Below, piece after piece: positions 37,341 to 50,737 of a stretch of 64,000 nt of DNA. The notes beneath the pieces are model-generated. The model worked only from the letters and a program-made list of their open reading frames with translations. It searched no databases and was not told the origin of the DNA. The stretch's first letter is position 1, and each line of letters starts with the position of its first letter. The DNA comes from Guillardia theta CCMP2712 (taxonomy: Eukaryota > Protista > Cryptophyta), in assembly GCF_000315625.1 (NCBI RefSeq), contig NW_005434671.1:817798-881797 (forward strand), in the 5' to 3' direction. Made by a program: the position numbers and the translations under genes.

Positions 37341-40300
37341 ATGGCCGGGGAGTGGTGGGCGTGCGAGGACGACGATGATCTTCAGAAGGCGCTGCGCGCC
37401 AGCATGGCAGACCTCGAGTCCCAGGGAGGGCGGGGAAGGCCCCCAGAGGAGGAGTGGGAGGGAGAGGGCCTACCTGATGAGGCACGTCAGGCCCTCCGAA
37501 AGGTCACTTCGTCATGGGAGAAGCAGAAGCGGATCCTATGGACGAACACGGACGAGGCGCTGGAGTACGCGCTTAAGTATGCAGGGAACACGACGGTGGT
37601 TATCTTTGTCAACCAGATGATACCTGAGATTGTGAATACCTGCGTTCAAGACTGCACCTGGGCTGACATCGTAGAGGACGCTACCACGAAGGCGGATTAC
37701 TCGGATGTTTTTTGCCGCATCCTGAAGCAGTGCATGTCGATCATGATCGAGTCTCTTAGCTCGGGGTTCATGGATCTTCTGCCGTCCCTCAATGTGCTTC
37801 TAGATCGAGAGTCGGAGCTTTACTCCAAGTCCTCCCGAACGCTCTCCGGGGCAGAACAGCCGCCTCCTCAATTCCTCTGGAAGACCCTCTCGGACAGCTT
37901 CACGCAAGCCAAGGGACACGAGACCATCCTCGAAGGCATCCGGCATTGGCGATGGTCTGCTGTGCTGCACTGCCTGCGACTCCTCGCCAAGTGCGGCGAC
38001 CAAGCAACCTTCATGACCGCCTTCGAGATAATGCGGGAGAGAATAAGAAGCAAAGGGTTGGAAGCTTGGAGAGAGGAGGGGAAGGACCTGAGCTTGGTGG
38101 TGAAAGAGTTTGCAACGGCAAGATTCAGGACGCTCCTGGGAGGAGGAGGAGAGCACCTCTTGTACTCGCTGGGGAAGGACATCATCGAACCCGCAGTGGA
38201 GGGTTCCAAGTCAGAGAAGTTCATGGACAGGATAGGCGCGCTGTCGGCGATGGCTTCAGTGATCGAGAGCAGAGCGCTGGAGACGAAGAACCAGTCACGT
38301 TGCCAGTTCCTGGATGAGGAAGGAGTGATCGAGGATCTCTTTGGGGAACGAGCCCACGAGCGCATTATCCAGGAAGCAATGAAGCTGTTTCAGGTGATGG
38401 AGATGAACGTGGCAAGGCTGGATCATGTGCTGTCTGCATCCTTCAATACGTTCGACGACTTGATACGCTCCTCTGTGAACAACATCATGGTCTGCCTGTG
38501 CGAGACCATGAAGGAAGAGGCGATCATGTACGTGCTATATCGCTGCGAGAAAGCCCTTGAGGATGAAAACATCTCCGACGCGTCCACCGAGCTCATTCTG
38601 GCCCTTGCTAACGCCAAGGAGGGAAGAAACGACGTCAGCCGGCAGAGCACAGGGTCGGGGAGCTTGAGGGAGAAGCCGCTGCTGATGAGCAAGGGGAGCA
38701 ATGTGTCACAGGGGATCCTCAAGCTGTGCTGTAGAGCTGCTTGCATCTTGCACTTCGACACGACTCGAGATCTCTCGAGGAGGACGAGGGTGGCGCTCCA
38801 AGACCTGCTCAACGACAGCGCCCAGGTCGCGTCCGGAGACGTCGGGCAGCAGCTGCGCGACTTCGTGCTCTCGTACTGCATCGAACTGCTCCGGGAGCTG
38901 CAGGCGGACGGGGAGGAGGAGAGGATGCAGGAGATGATGTACGCGAGCCAGAGCTCTGCCCAGACCGCCTCTCGGGTGCGGGCAAGATCCCTGCATGCGA
39001 TCCTGAGGAGGGTTATAGAGATGCACCCTACCTCGCAAGGATCCTTCCAGAGCCGGTCGAGGAGCGCGTGCGTGCTGAGCCTGCAGGAGCAACACAAGCT
39101 GGTGGACCACGTGATCGACGACATCATCATCAGCTGCAGGTCCACCCTCAGCCCCCTCGCAATGACCCGCTCTATCAGCTGGGGATCGCTCCAGCTGGCG
39201 GAGATGCAAAGCAACGGGGTGGCGGTCGAAGGAAACGGGGGTGGCGCCTCCCTTCCTCGTCCGTCCGCCTCCATCTTCAGCTCGGAGAGGTGGGAGAGAC
39301 TTGAGTTCCTCCGCTTCCTCCTCGAGCAGTCCGATGGCAAAATCGTGTTGACGAAAGAACAGGTAGGAACTTCCGCCCCTTTCCTTCCCTTCGTCCCCAC
39401 GCGCTCCGCGACTCGGCCTTCTCCTCTCCCCCCGCCTCCTGCCCTCCTCTCCTTCCTTTCACCTCGCCCTCGCCCTAAACTGTCCCATCATCTCATGGTG
39501 ATCGCAGGCGAAGAGCTTGTGGGTCTGCATGGACAGTCACAGGGAGGTCAGGATGTGCTGGTTCCGTCTGATGCAGGACTCTGGGGGGCTCATGGAGGAG
39601 GGAGCAGAGGAGATGCTCTTCGAGAAGATGATGACTGGTCCCCCCGACTCGCTCCACAGCATGTGTGCCTTTGACTTCTTCCTCGCGCTCTTTGTGGACC
39701 TCAACGGCCCCCTGAGGGCCCGGGCAGGACGGGACCTTGCTCCTCACTACCTCGAGACGGTCGGGAGGAACGGGGTGAAGCCCGGGCACAAGCTGTCGGG
39801 GACGTCGCTGGTTGGGAGGAGAATCGCACTGAGAGCAGCGGAGGACAACCAGCTGCAAGTGGGAACGGTGACGTCGCACGAGCGGACCCAGTGGCAGAGC
39901 ATGTACGTGCTAGTGCTGGACCAGGACGGGACGGAGCAGAGGAGGCAGCTGGAGTCGGGGAGCGTGGAGTGGAGCCTGGTGGAGGATGACGTCGGAGTAG
40001 ACATCCCTGTGTTCGAGTTTGAAAGATGCAGGAGGTGGAGGAGGCTGCGAGGCTTTCACAGCCTGTGGGAAGTAGCGCTCTCGGCAGCTGACAACCTTGT
40101 GGCAAGCAAGGCGGCAACGGTGGTGATCCGAATATTCCTGTGCTTGGAGGAGGAGGAGGAGGAAGAGAAGGTGGGCAGGAGGGGCGGGAAAGAGGAGAAG
40201 GAGATGGACGCAGAACCTGCACACGAGCTTGAGGATCCAGGGAAGGAGCTCATCGTGAGCTTGTTCGAGGAGCTAGAGCGAACGGCGCGCGAGCTCTTCA

Positions 40301-43300
40301 ACTGGGAGGACAACATGATGTGGGAGCTGCGGAAACGAGCGAGGAGCCTCTCGCTGGAGATGGACGGGCAGGACCGCGCGGAGGGGGAGGGAGGAGGAGG
40401 AGGGGGAGGAGGAGGAGGAGGGGGAGGGATGCAGTTCTCGAAGGAGATGACGACTCAGATGAATCTGGCAGCGGACGTCCGGGGAGCGATAGAGGCCGTT
40501 GACCCGGCACTCGCTCCTCTCGCTCCCGTGAGCATTGCGAGCTCGATGGCGATCGACAAGGCGCCGCTGAGCCCCGAGGACGAGGCCAAGAGCACGAGGA
40601 TGCTCCGTTGCATCGAGCTGCTGCATGCGCTGGTGCAGCAGCAGCAGGGAGCGCCGCGACACGACTCCCTCGGTCGATGCAAGCCTTCCTCTCCAGCCAA
40701 GCCCACGGAGGTGACGAACTACATCGACATGTCTGAAGGACAAGCAGGGGGGGAGCGAGAATGTGTGAGGAGGAACAGGAAGGGCCTCGGGAAGGCCCTC
40801 GCCTCCTGCTCCAACATCGAGCACCACTACAACCTCCTCCTCGCCATCATGGAGATGCCGCAGACAAGCTCCAAGATGCAGAGCTCCATCTGGTCCCTGC
40901 TCATGGCCCTGCCTACCCTCAGCATGCGACTGCAGAGCATCGAGGAGCAGAATTTCGCGGACTGGAGTACAATCTTCGGTCCTGAGATCGGGATATGGAA
41001 ATCTCTCTACTTCCTCCAGATCATCGACTCCTCCCTGTATGTTTCCCTCCATCCATCCATCCCTCCATCTATCTTCGTCTCCTCTCCTTCTTCCCTTTCC
41101 TCTCTGCGTCTCCTCTCCTTCCTTCCGTTCTTCCCTGACCTTGTCCTACAGCTTGCCAGCGGAGGATCACAAGCTCCGCCGGGCGGTAGAGTGGAGGAGG
41201 AAGTTTCTGGCGACCGGCGGCTTCGAGCAGCTCTGCCTCTTTGCCATGACGGTGGACAAGACCACGTGCTGGCATCAGCCGCACGCCATGGCGCGGTCCC
41301 TGTGCCTCCCCCTCCTCTGCCGCATCCTCAAGTCGTGTGTGGCTGGGGCCCTCTCGGACAACACCCGTGGGGCGGAGGACGAGAGGATGGAGGACGAGAG
41401 CAGGAAGGGATCACAGGGAGAGCATGGGGGAGGAGGGGGGCAGCGGGAGAATGGGATCGACATGCTGGCGTTGATCAACCAGCTCCTTTCCTTCCTCCTG
41501 GCACCTGCTGGGAAAGGAGAGAAGCTTGAGTTCCTGAGCAACGCTCTCCTCGACGGCCTCGCCGTCATCCGTATGCTCCTTTGCTCGCACGCCTCTCCAG
41601 CCTCCTTCTTCCTCAGGTCGCCTCCTCCCAGCGGCCAGACGGCCGTGAGCAGCTCGCTGGTGGAGAGCTTCCTGAGCAAGGGGTCAGCTGAGGAGCTGGT
41701 GGACGGGATCCTGCTCAAGAACGAGGAGGCGAACGTGCGCTCGAGCGCGAAGCAGCTGCTGCACGAGATGATCCTGTCGACGCAGAGGGCGAGGGGAGGG
41801 GCGAGCGAGGAGATCAGCTCCGTGCTGCTGCTGCGGACGATCACGATCCTCCAGAGAAGGATGGGGAGCTTCGATCGCTTCAGCGACACGTGTGGGCAGT
41901 ACTTTGAGATCCTCGGTGATCTGCTGGCCCTCACCAGCAAGCTCCTCCCTCTCAAGGCCCCTGAGGTCACCGTGCTGGAGCAGGTGGAGGACAGCGCCGT
42001 CTCGCTCTTCGACCGGCTCGGGCGCGAGGCCGGAGACGTCTTTCTTGCTCACTTCCTCTCCTTCCTCGATCGGCACGCGAGGCTCAGCGCAGCCTTCAGG
42101 AGAAAGCTGGTGGACAAGGAGGCGGTAGGCCGCCTCCTTCACGACTTCCTTATGAAGCCCTCGGAAGGTGCCCTGCAGCCTCTGTGCAACCTCCCCGAGT
42201 CAAGAGGAGGAGCATGGCGGCTGCTGACGACTATCGCGGAGGGAGGAGAGCGAGTGGGCGAAGTCACTTCGTCCGTGAACCTGTTCCTCCGCTCCGTGAA
42301 GCCGCCGCTCCTCCCCGACGGCTCGGAGGACTGGCAGCCGCGGGTCGCGGTCTCGAGGAGGAAGGGGATGCCCTTCCTCGGGCTCCGCAACCCTGGCGCG
42401 CGCTGCTACATCAATGCGATGATGCAGCAGCTGTTCTGTGTGGACGCCTTCCGGGAGCTGCACGCGACAGTGAGGCTGCCGGAGGAGGAAGGCGCAGAAA
42501 GGAAGGGAGTGGCAATGGTGATGTCAACCACCTGGACCTGCGACGTGTGCACGCTGGAGAACGAGGAGGAGACGGAGACCTGCACCATGTGCGCGACGGG
42601 GAAGCGGCCGAAGAAGGAGAAGAAGCGAGTGGCGAAGGGGGAGGTGCTGCGGCAGGTGCAGAGGACAATGAACTTCATGATGTACAGCGAGCTGAGCAGT
42701 TTCGACACGGTGGAGCTGATGGAGTCGTGCAGAGACATCGGCATGCACAAGCCGATCGAGCTGCAGAACGACTCCTCGGAGTTCTTCCAGCGCCTGCTAG
42801 AAAAGCTGGAGACCGAGCTGGGGGGAGGGAGCAGCCTGCGGAAGCTGCAGCGCTGCTTCCGTGTGCGCATGATGACTCAGAGGGTGTCGGCAGAGTGCGA
42901 GCACGCGAAGCCTGTCAACTGCGGGCCCTTTGACAAGGCGATCAACCTCTCCATCGCGGGGATGGGGAGCCTGGAGAAGGCGCTGGACGCTCTTAGGAGA
43001 AACACGCTCATCACCGGCAGCAACCGGGTGGTGTGCGAGGAGTGCTCGAGCATGGCGGGGAAGGTGGTGAAGCGAGCCTTCTGGGAGAACAGCTTCCTGG
43101 ACCGCAGCTCGCTCTCCGATACGCTCGTGCTCAACCTCAAGAGGTTCACCGTCCAGTCGCAGGGAGGAGGGAACGTGAAGATTAACGACTTCCTGTCCTT
43201 CCCGCAGGTGATCGACCTTGCCCCCATCACACGGCCGGTCTCGGAGACCAGGTCGCTGGACGCTCCTGCTCCCTCCAGCACCTCCGACGACCCTCTCCTC

Positions 43301-46300
43301 TACGGCCTCGTGGGCATCATCGTGCACAAGGGAGAGGCGACGCACGGGCACTACTACAGCCTGGTGAAGCATGCGACAGGGGTGTGGTACAAGGTAGACG
43401 ATGAGAAGGTGGGGATTTTCGAGGAGAGCCAGATAGCGGAGGAGTGCTTCGGGGGGGTCAACATCAAGACCAAGTCGTACAGGGTGGAAAAGAAGCCCAA
43501 GAACTACAACGCCTTCGTCCTCTTCTACCGGAGGATGCAAGGGGAGGACGAGGCGATGTCCAACTCCTCCGACGACGTTTCCAGCTCCAACAGTGGCAGC
43601 GTATCCCACGGCGACTCGGACCCCTCCGTGCAGGGGCTCGAGAACGCCCTCCGCTTCCTCAACGACGTTAGGAGCAGGGACTCATCGCACCCTGCCCTGG
43701 AGGACGTGCTCACAACCAACGAGCAGGTGCTGTGCCAGGAGATCCTGTTCGACCCGACGTTCTCTCACCAAGTCCTCGACTTCCTCGCCCACAACCTCAA
43801 GGAGCAGGAGCGGAGCTCGGCCGGCAACGAGCTGCTGTGCATGGGTATGACCGTGCTGGTTCGTGTGGTCCTCAAGTCCTTCGATCAGTCCAGGCTGGAC
43901 GAGTGGCTGGACTTTTTCTCCCTCCTCCTCCCCAAGTTTCCTGCAGCCTGCGAGTGGTTCCTTGCCCGCGCCCTCGAGCCTGACACCATCGCGTCCTCAG
44001 CCACAGGGGGGCCAGCATGCAACACTAAGAGGTCCTGGTTCTGCGGCTTCCTCCTCGACTGCCCGCATGCCGAGTCCCGCATCGCCTTCTGCAAGCTCAT
44101 CCTCTGTGCCTCCCATAGCCTCGTCTCCTCCTCCTCCTCCTCCTCCTCCTCCTCCTCCTCCCTAGCGCACGAGGGAGTGGTGAAGCTGGTCAACGTCATG
44201 GTCGAGATGCTCTCAGCGCAGGCGAGCGACCCCAAGTACATTTCTCAGTTCTTCATGCTATGGAAAGGCCTCGCCAAGGACCCCAACGCCCCCACGGGCT
44301 ACGTCAGACCCTCGGCCTGTGCCGGCATCCTCCACCAGGCGGACGTTCCCTACCTTCTCTCCCACCTCTTCCTCGGAGAGGCTTCACCCAACAAGAGCCT
44401 TCCCCGCATCTCCCCGCACTACGGCGAGACGGACATGAAGGAGCTCGTGCAGACTATCACCATCCTCTTCCGCTTCGCCGGCCCCTCCTCCTCCTGGCTG
44501 GAGAGCATGGCAGAGCCGCTCATCTCCAAGCTCGCACTCGAGGGGCCGTCGGAGGGGGACCCGGGCGACGGTGTTGGGCTGCTGATCCAGCTATGCAACG
44601 ACGAGAAGGTTCTGAAGCTGACGGTCAAGAGTCTCATAGTGAACGGGATGAAACTTGACGCCTCCTCCTACGACAAGTCGCAGCAGTCCCTCCTCGCCCA
44701 GCGTGCTGAGGCCCTGAACGCTCTCATCCTCATCGGTAAGGACAGCCCCAGCCGCGTCGACGCCATCCTCTCCACCCTCACCGACCAGGAGATCGTGCAC
44801 GCGGCCGTCCACCCCAACGCCGTGCTGGAGCATCTCAAGTGGATTTCGCGCATTGTGGTGAAGGCGAGCAGGGTCAGGGCGGCGCTGGCATGGCTGAAGG
44901 AGCACCGGGCGCGCTGGCACTGGATGCAGAGAAGAATCGAGGAGTTCCAGATCATGGACGAGGACAGACGGTCTGCCTCCACCGTCGGGCTGGTGATGGA
45001 CCTGTCGGAGATAGCGAGCGGGTGGGAGGAGGCGGCAGTGCGGGTGATGGGGGGAGGAGACTTCCTGGTCAACGGAGTCTACAGGCTGACAAGGAGCGCG
45101 ACGAGCGGGCAGAAGCAGTACGGGAGGCTGGTGGGGGACCAGGAGTACGCGATCAGCTGGAACCCCAGCAGGATGGAGTGGCAGATGATGCGAGCGAACA
45201 TCCTCTTCTACTTCAACCGAGGAGGGAAGATGGCGGAGGGCGAGCGAGGAGACTCGATGCTGGACAGGTAGAGGAGGAGGAGGAGGAGGAGGCAAAGGGG
45301 AGGAGCGGAGGGAGCGGAGAAGTGGCGGGGGGGGAGGGGCGGGAAGAGGAGGAAGAGGAGGACAGGAGGTCATTGGTCTGCAGGCAAGCCCCAGCGTATC
45401 CCCCTGAGGATGGATGGATCGTAGCGGATGGCAAGCATGTAAGCGATGCCTCTCTTCTCCTGCCCTTCCTCCTGCACCTGCGCCTCCTCCTCCTCCTCCT
45501 CCTCCTCGTCTTGTCGCTCACTTGTGCCTCCTTACACACCACCTGCTCCTGCGTTTAATATTGTTGTTGTTGTTGTGGTGGTGGTGGTGGTTGTGATGAT
45601 GATGATGATGGAGGGGAGGAGGAGGAGGAGGGTTGTGATGGTGACTGTCATAATTTACAGCCGCCTCCACGTGTAGTCAGAATCGCACCGAGCGATCAAC
45701 CTCCGAGCTCTCCCATGCACAGGATCTCCAAGTTGAGGATCAACAAGGTGAAAGAATCATCCAAGTTCACCTCCTGCTCCACCCTGATCTTCTTCCTCTC
45801 TCCTTCATCGTTGCACGCCTGCTCTCTTCCCCTCGCTCCCCTCTGCCTCCCCCCCCCCCCCCCCCCCCTTCCCCCACCCCCACTCACTCCCTCTCCCCCC
45901 TTCTTCCTCCCTCTTCCCCTGCTGCTCCCTCTGCACGCTATTTCCAACCTCCGTCCCCCTCTCCCTCCTCCTCCTCCGTCCTCGTTGACTGACCATCCCC
46001 TCAGCTCCCTGACGAAAACTTCACCATCGAGATCGGGGAGCGGCCGCTGGTCTGCTGCTGTGCGAGGAGGACAGTGAGCTTCGGTCCTCCCAGCTCCTCG
46101 GGCACGCCCCTGCGAGTAGTGGCAGGTGGGATGAAGAAAGGAGAAGAGGGAGAGGGAGCGAGTGGGGGAAACGACAGGAGAGAGGGGGGTTGAGAGGGAC
46201 TAGAGACAAGGGAAGGAGGAAGCAGAGAGGAGGAGGAGGAGGAGGAGGAGGAGGAGACGTGGGAAAGAAAAGCAAGAAGGGGGAGTAAACAAGAGGATCA

Positions 46301-46801
46301 GGAGGAGTGGGGAAGGAAGAGGGAGGCAGGTGGTTTGTGACATTTCAGCAGGAGGAAGTCCGGGCATTCAAGCCAACACAAGTTTAGTGATGGCTGTGGC
46401 CTCGTCTGTGTGCTCAGGTCCACTCCTCCTCCTCATCTTCCTCCTCCTTTTCTTCCTTTCCCCTGTCTCTCCCCCCCCCCCCCCTCCTCCTCCTCCATGC
46501 TCCAGTCTTCTTCCTTGCTCTCCTGCCCCTGCCCCCTCCCCCTTCTGCCGCAACTCTTCCCCCACTGTCTCCTCCCGTCCTCCTCTTCTCCCTCATCCTC
46601 CTCCTTTCCTCCACGTTCTCCTCCGCCTCCGCTGACGCTCGTCAGCAGAGCCTGTCCTCGTGCTCTCCAAGGGGCGGGAAGGAGAGAGTCCCCGTCACTC
46701 CCTCACCCTCACTGTCCTCACGGACAGGCCAGTAGCTGCCCAGCAGATCTTTCTCAACGACCGCGGACTCTTCGTGCTCGAGAAGGTTCCTTCCCCTTCT
46801 T

Positions 46802-46839
<38 letters not shown>

Positions 46840-47020
46840 GTATTTCTTTCCTCTCATCTGCTCCTATCATCACACTTGGTTTCCTCCCATCTCCTTCGTC
46901 TCCTTTCTCCCTCCTCCTGACCAAACTGAGCAGGACGGCTGGTACATTCTGCAGCTCGACGGAACGTTCTATCCGTCGGCCTCGCTCACTATCCCACCCT
47001 TCTCTCTCGGAGCAACCTGA
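37341..47020 (+). CDS. Giant ubiquitin-specific protease (USP9/24/34-like, peptidase C19) with N-terminal UIM and a RanBP2-type Zn finger inserted in the catalytic domain
   Basis: UIM EDDDDLQKALRASMAD, long helical region, Cys box GLRNPGARCYINAMMQQLF, QNDSSEFF, LNLKRF...KINDFLSFP, His box YGLVGIIVHKGEATHGHYYSLVK...WYKVDDEKV, and NAFVLFYRR. The small 3' exons are uncertain. Confidence 0.92.
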
Positions 47021-47231
47021 TCATCAACAGCGAGATTCTCCTTCTCAACCAGCTCGCCCCAACCCTCCTCTCTCTCTCACTCACTCACACACACTCTCTC
47101 TCTCCTTATCTATCTCTCTCTCTCCTTCTCTCCTACTCTGCCTCCTTCCCTCCTCTCTCCACTCTCCCACTCGGTCTTATTCTTTCACTCACGTTAATTT
47201 TACATCTCCTTAACTTCACAAATATTCACAT

Positions 47232-50200
47232 TCACGTCTCCCCCGCCACTCTGTTCTTTGTCATCCGCAGGATCTCCCGCATTGTCAGTTGCTTCCCGTC
47301 CCCGAACTCCTTCAGCTGCATCGGCCGGTTGTCGATCGCGTTCACCCTGTCGATCTCCTCCTCCCTCCTCCCCCCGCGAGGGAACAAGAACCCGCCCATC
47401 GCCATGGCCAGAGCCGAGATGAAGTTCCTCCCTCCCGCCTCCCGCGGAGCAGCAGCAGATACGCTGCTTGCGCTCGCAGGCTCGCTCCGATCTTTTACCA
47501 CCTCCTCCTTCCTGCTCTCCTTCGGCTCCTCCTTCGCCTCCTTGACCCCGTTCACCGCAGCTTTCTCTTCCCCCTGCGCTGCCGACTGCACTGCCGGAGA
47601 CGGCGTCGCCCCGTTACTTCCTCGCATAGCAGACGCCGCCTTCAAGACGCCGTTCTTTCCTTGGTGAGCAGCAGGAGCGGCACGTGCAGGAGCAGAAGCG
47701 GGAGGCTGGAGAAGCTTGTTCTCCGTCACCAGGGTTCCTCCCAGCCTGTATGCTCCCCCAAGGAAGGGAATGAGCGAAAGCTCAAGGAGGAGGATGCCAG
47801 CGTTCTTGGCGTACTCGTTCCTCCCCATCTTGCCCACTGCCTTCTGCTGCTGCTTCTCCCCTCCCTCCTTCCTGCCGAAGATGCTGGACCCGATGGCACT
47901 GAAGAGGTTCTGCAGCCCGTTCCGGCGATCCTTTCCTCCCATCATCTTGGAGAACACCTGCCTGCTCTGCTTGTCCGCAAGCTGCTGCTGCGCTCGCAGC
48001 TTCACCTGCAGCTTCTTGGCTGCCGTGTTGTTGGGCTCGAGCTCGAGACACTTCTTCACGTCGTGGTTCGCCTCCACCAGGTTCCCCAGCTTCAAGTTCG
48101 CCTGCCAACCGCTTGTCACGTGGCACGAAGGAAGTGAAGTGAAGGCGAGAAGTTCGAGGATAAAATGAAAGGACGGGCCGGGGCTGAGGGGGATGGGGAG
48201 AGGAGGGAGAGGAGGAGGTGGTAGGCAGGAAGAGCACTACCTGGCCGCGTCGGAAGAGAGCCTTAACACATGAAGCTTTGATATTCAGCGCAGCGTCGCA
48301 CTCGGCGATCACGTTCCTGTAGTCGAAGTCTCCTCTAGCGAGCTGCCTCTGCAGGACAAGCAGTAAGTACAAGTCCTGGCCTCAACTCCTCCTCCCCATC
48401 CCTTCCCCTGTTTCCCGACCCGCCTTCTTTCTCCTCTTCTCTCCGCCGAAGTCTGCCCCTCTTCACTTACGTAGCAAGCTGCTCGGTTGAGATGTACTAT
48501 TACAAGCATGTCGGATGCATCCTGGTGATCCTTGACGGTCTTAAGAGCCTGATCCAACAAGGTGAGAATCATGAATCTCCTCTTCCCCCTCCTCTCCTTA
48601 TACTCACATCGAAGGAAAGGTCATACTTGATGAGCGCCTCCTGCGTCCTGTTGTTCTTGATGAGCTCATTTCCCCACTGCTTGCGGATCCTCGCAGCCTG
48701 CCGACATCGTCATCATCCCTTCAGCTCTTCGAGGGGGAGACGCCGGACCTGGAGCCTCTCCTGCAGAGTGAGCTTGTAGGAGCGCGCGACCGAGTGGACG
48801 ACGACTTCCCAGGTAACGTCCTGCTGGAGGTACTGGCCGAAGGGGAACCGCATCATGTCATCTACTGAGTGCTCCCTTCCAACAAAGATCCTCGCTCGCT
48901 GCCCCTCTTTCACAAAGGAGAGAGCGTTCTGCAAGCAAACGTGTCAGAACCCTCACCTTCCACGATCCCATCCCATCCCATCCCATCAAAGTTACTGATC
49001 CTCGCTCCCCTCCCACCACTCTTCCCCCCCGTCTCTCTTCGTCCCACCTCAATCGTCTCCGGCAGGTCTCGGTTCCCGATCACGACGTCCGTCAGGTTGG
49101 TGAGCGGGTAGAAGACATAACCAGAAGAGTCGATGCCCTCCAACGAGATGTTCACCTGCTCTGACATCAGCTCGGGAAATCTTCACCATCCTCCTCGTCA
49201 CCTTGCAGCAATCCTTGCAGGACGGACAGTAGGGCTGTCTCGGCTGACCGAGGCAGGTCACCACCAGACTCCCGTCTCCGAACATGTCGTGCACAGAGTT
49301 CCAATTCTTCCGCTCAAGTCAGCAAGGGACCGAGTCGCCAGCGAGCAAGCAAGACCTTCAAGATGATCTCGAACTGCACAGTAGCGTTGGGAGGGACAAG
49401 AGGATGGTAGCCCATGGAGCCGTAGGCATACTCAGGCGCTAGCTTCACAAGGTACCTGCCCCCTTGCACCTGGCGTTCCCACACTGTCAGGACGTCCCAT
49501 CCTCCCATCCCCGCCAGCTCGTCTCACCGCTTCCCTCGTCAGCACCTCCTCGAGTCCTTCCACGAGGTTCTGCTCGCCAAGTCGGACCCACTGAAACCCG
49601 TCACTCGCTGCAAACACGATCCCATTGTACATGCCACGGTACATGATGAGAACCTGGGACGACAGGGTTACTTTGACTTCCCCTCGCTCCCGTAGCCACT
49701 AACATCATCGTTGATGTCTGGATGCCTCCAGCCCATGGCAGCATCCACGTGATCCTTCTGATTGTAGGAGATGAGGATCCCACCGTCGTTGTTCAGGTCC
49801 TTCTCCTGCCATGGCGTTAGGAAGCGCCGCAGGAGGAATCGGGCGCCTCACATTCCACCGCAGCAGCTCAAGCTCGAACATCAAGGTGGAGTTGGGAGGG
49901 ATCTCGTTCCCATTGTACAGCTTCCGTCCCTTTGCTCCATAGCTGCGACAGGATCAGCATCTCCACTGGGACAGCACTATCGCCACTCACGCGTAGTCGC
50001 TCCTCACAAGCACTCTTGCCCTCTCCTTCCTCTTCATTGTGCGGGCTGCGATGTCCCAGCCCTGCATCCTCCGTCAGCCTCTCTCAAGGAGCCGGGGAGG
50101 AAACTCTGTCAACCTTGATGGTGTTTCCGGACCCCAGCACAAACGAGCGAGGGTACTGCAAGGATTCTCCAGCCATGCTCGTATCGAACTGGAATCCTAA

Positions 50201-50737
50201 GCATGCAGGTGAGCTGGTGCACTCACAGGACACGATCGAACAAGCAAGGTAGCAACAAACAACCACAGCCTCACTCCACAGCTTCATCATATCAAGATCT
50301 AGCTCAGTACCGCTGATGTTCTTCCCCTGCACGATGGTCGTCCCGTTGTCGAAGCAGGCAAGGGAGCCGTTGAAGTACACGAACAGCTCGTCCCCGTTCA
50401 CCGGCATCTCGTTGTGCACACCCTGCCATCCACCAGGTGAGGAAGGCGCAACGTGAGCAGCAGCAACCCTCACCTCACTGACGATCAACTTTCGCACTCC
50501 ACCGTCCCCAGTGATGTCCCGCGCTCCCTTCATGACCTCCAGGTCATACACGCTCCCTCCCCTCATGACTGACAACGCCTTGGGCACATCGTGCACCGCA
50601 AGCTTGTAGTTGAGAAATCTATTCCGATTCCCGATGAGCCGATTGGCATTGTACCGGGGTTGACTCTGCTCCATCGCAATTGCATTACAACAGAGAACGG
50701 CGAGAACGTAAGCAACAGCCAGGTCTCGCGTCTTCAT
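47232..50737 (-). CDS. Multi-FKBP + TPR immunophilin (FKBP62/ROF1-like) with signal peptide leader
   Basis: DITGDGGVRKLIVSE...P.NGDELFVYFNG, FDTS...FVLGSGNTIK, IPPNATVQFEI, PEYAYGSMG. TPR motifs KQWGNELIK, VHLNRAACY, VKALFRRG and CLELEPNNTAAKK. Leader MKTRDLAVAYVLAVLCCNAIA. Confidence 0.9.

Noticed and set aside
38423-45373. Long antisense and alternate-frame ORFs overlapping the USP gene (similar ones overlap GT61 and RPC3)
   Set aside because: Expected shadow ORFs of GC-rich coding sequence, with no recognisable motifs.
37341-47020. The giant USP as the protease that cleaves the LRGG leaders, forming a clustered system
   Set aside because: It has no signal peptide (it starts with a UIM), so it is probably host-cytosolic. 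Gene neighbourhood in a eukaryote is weak evidence.
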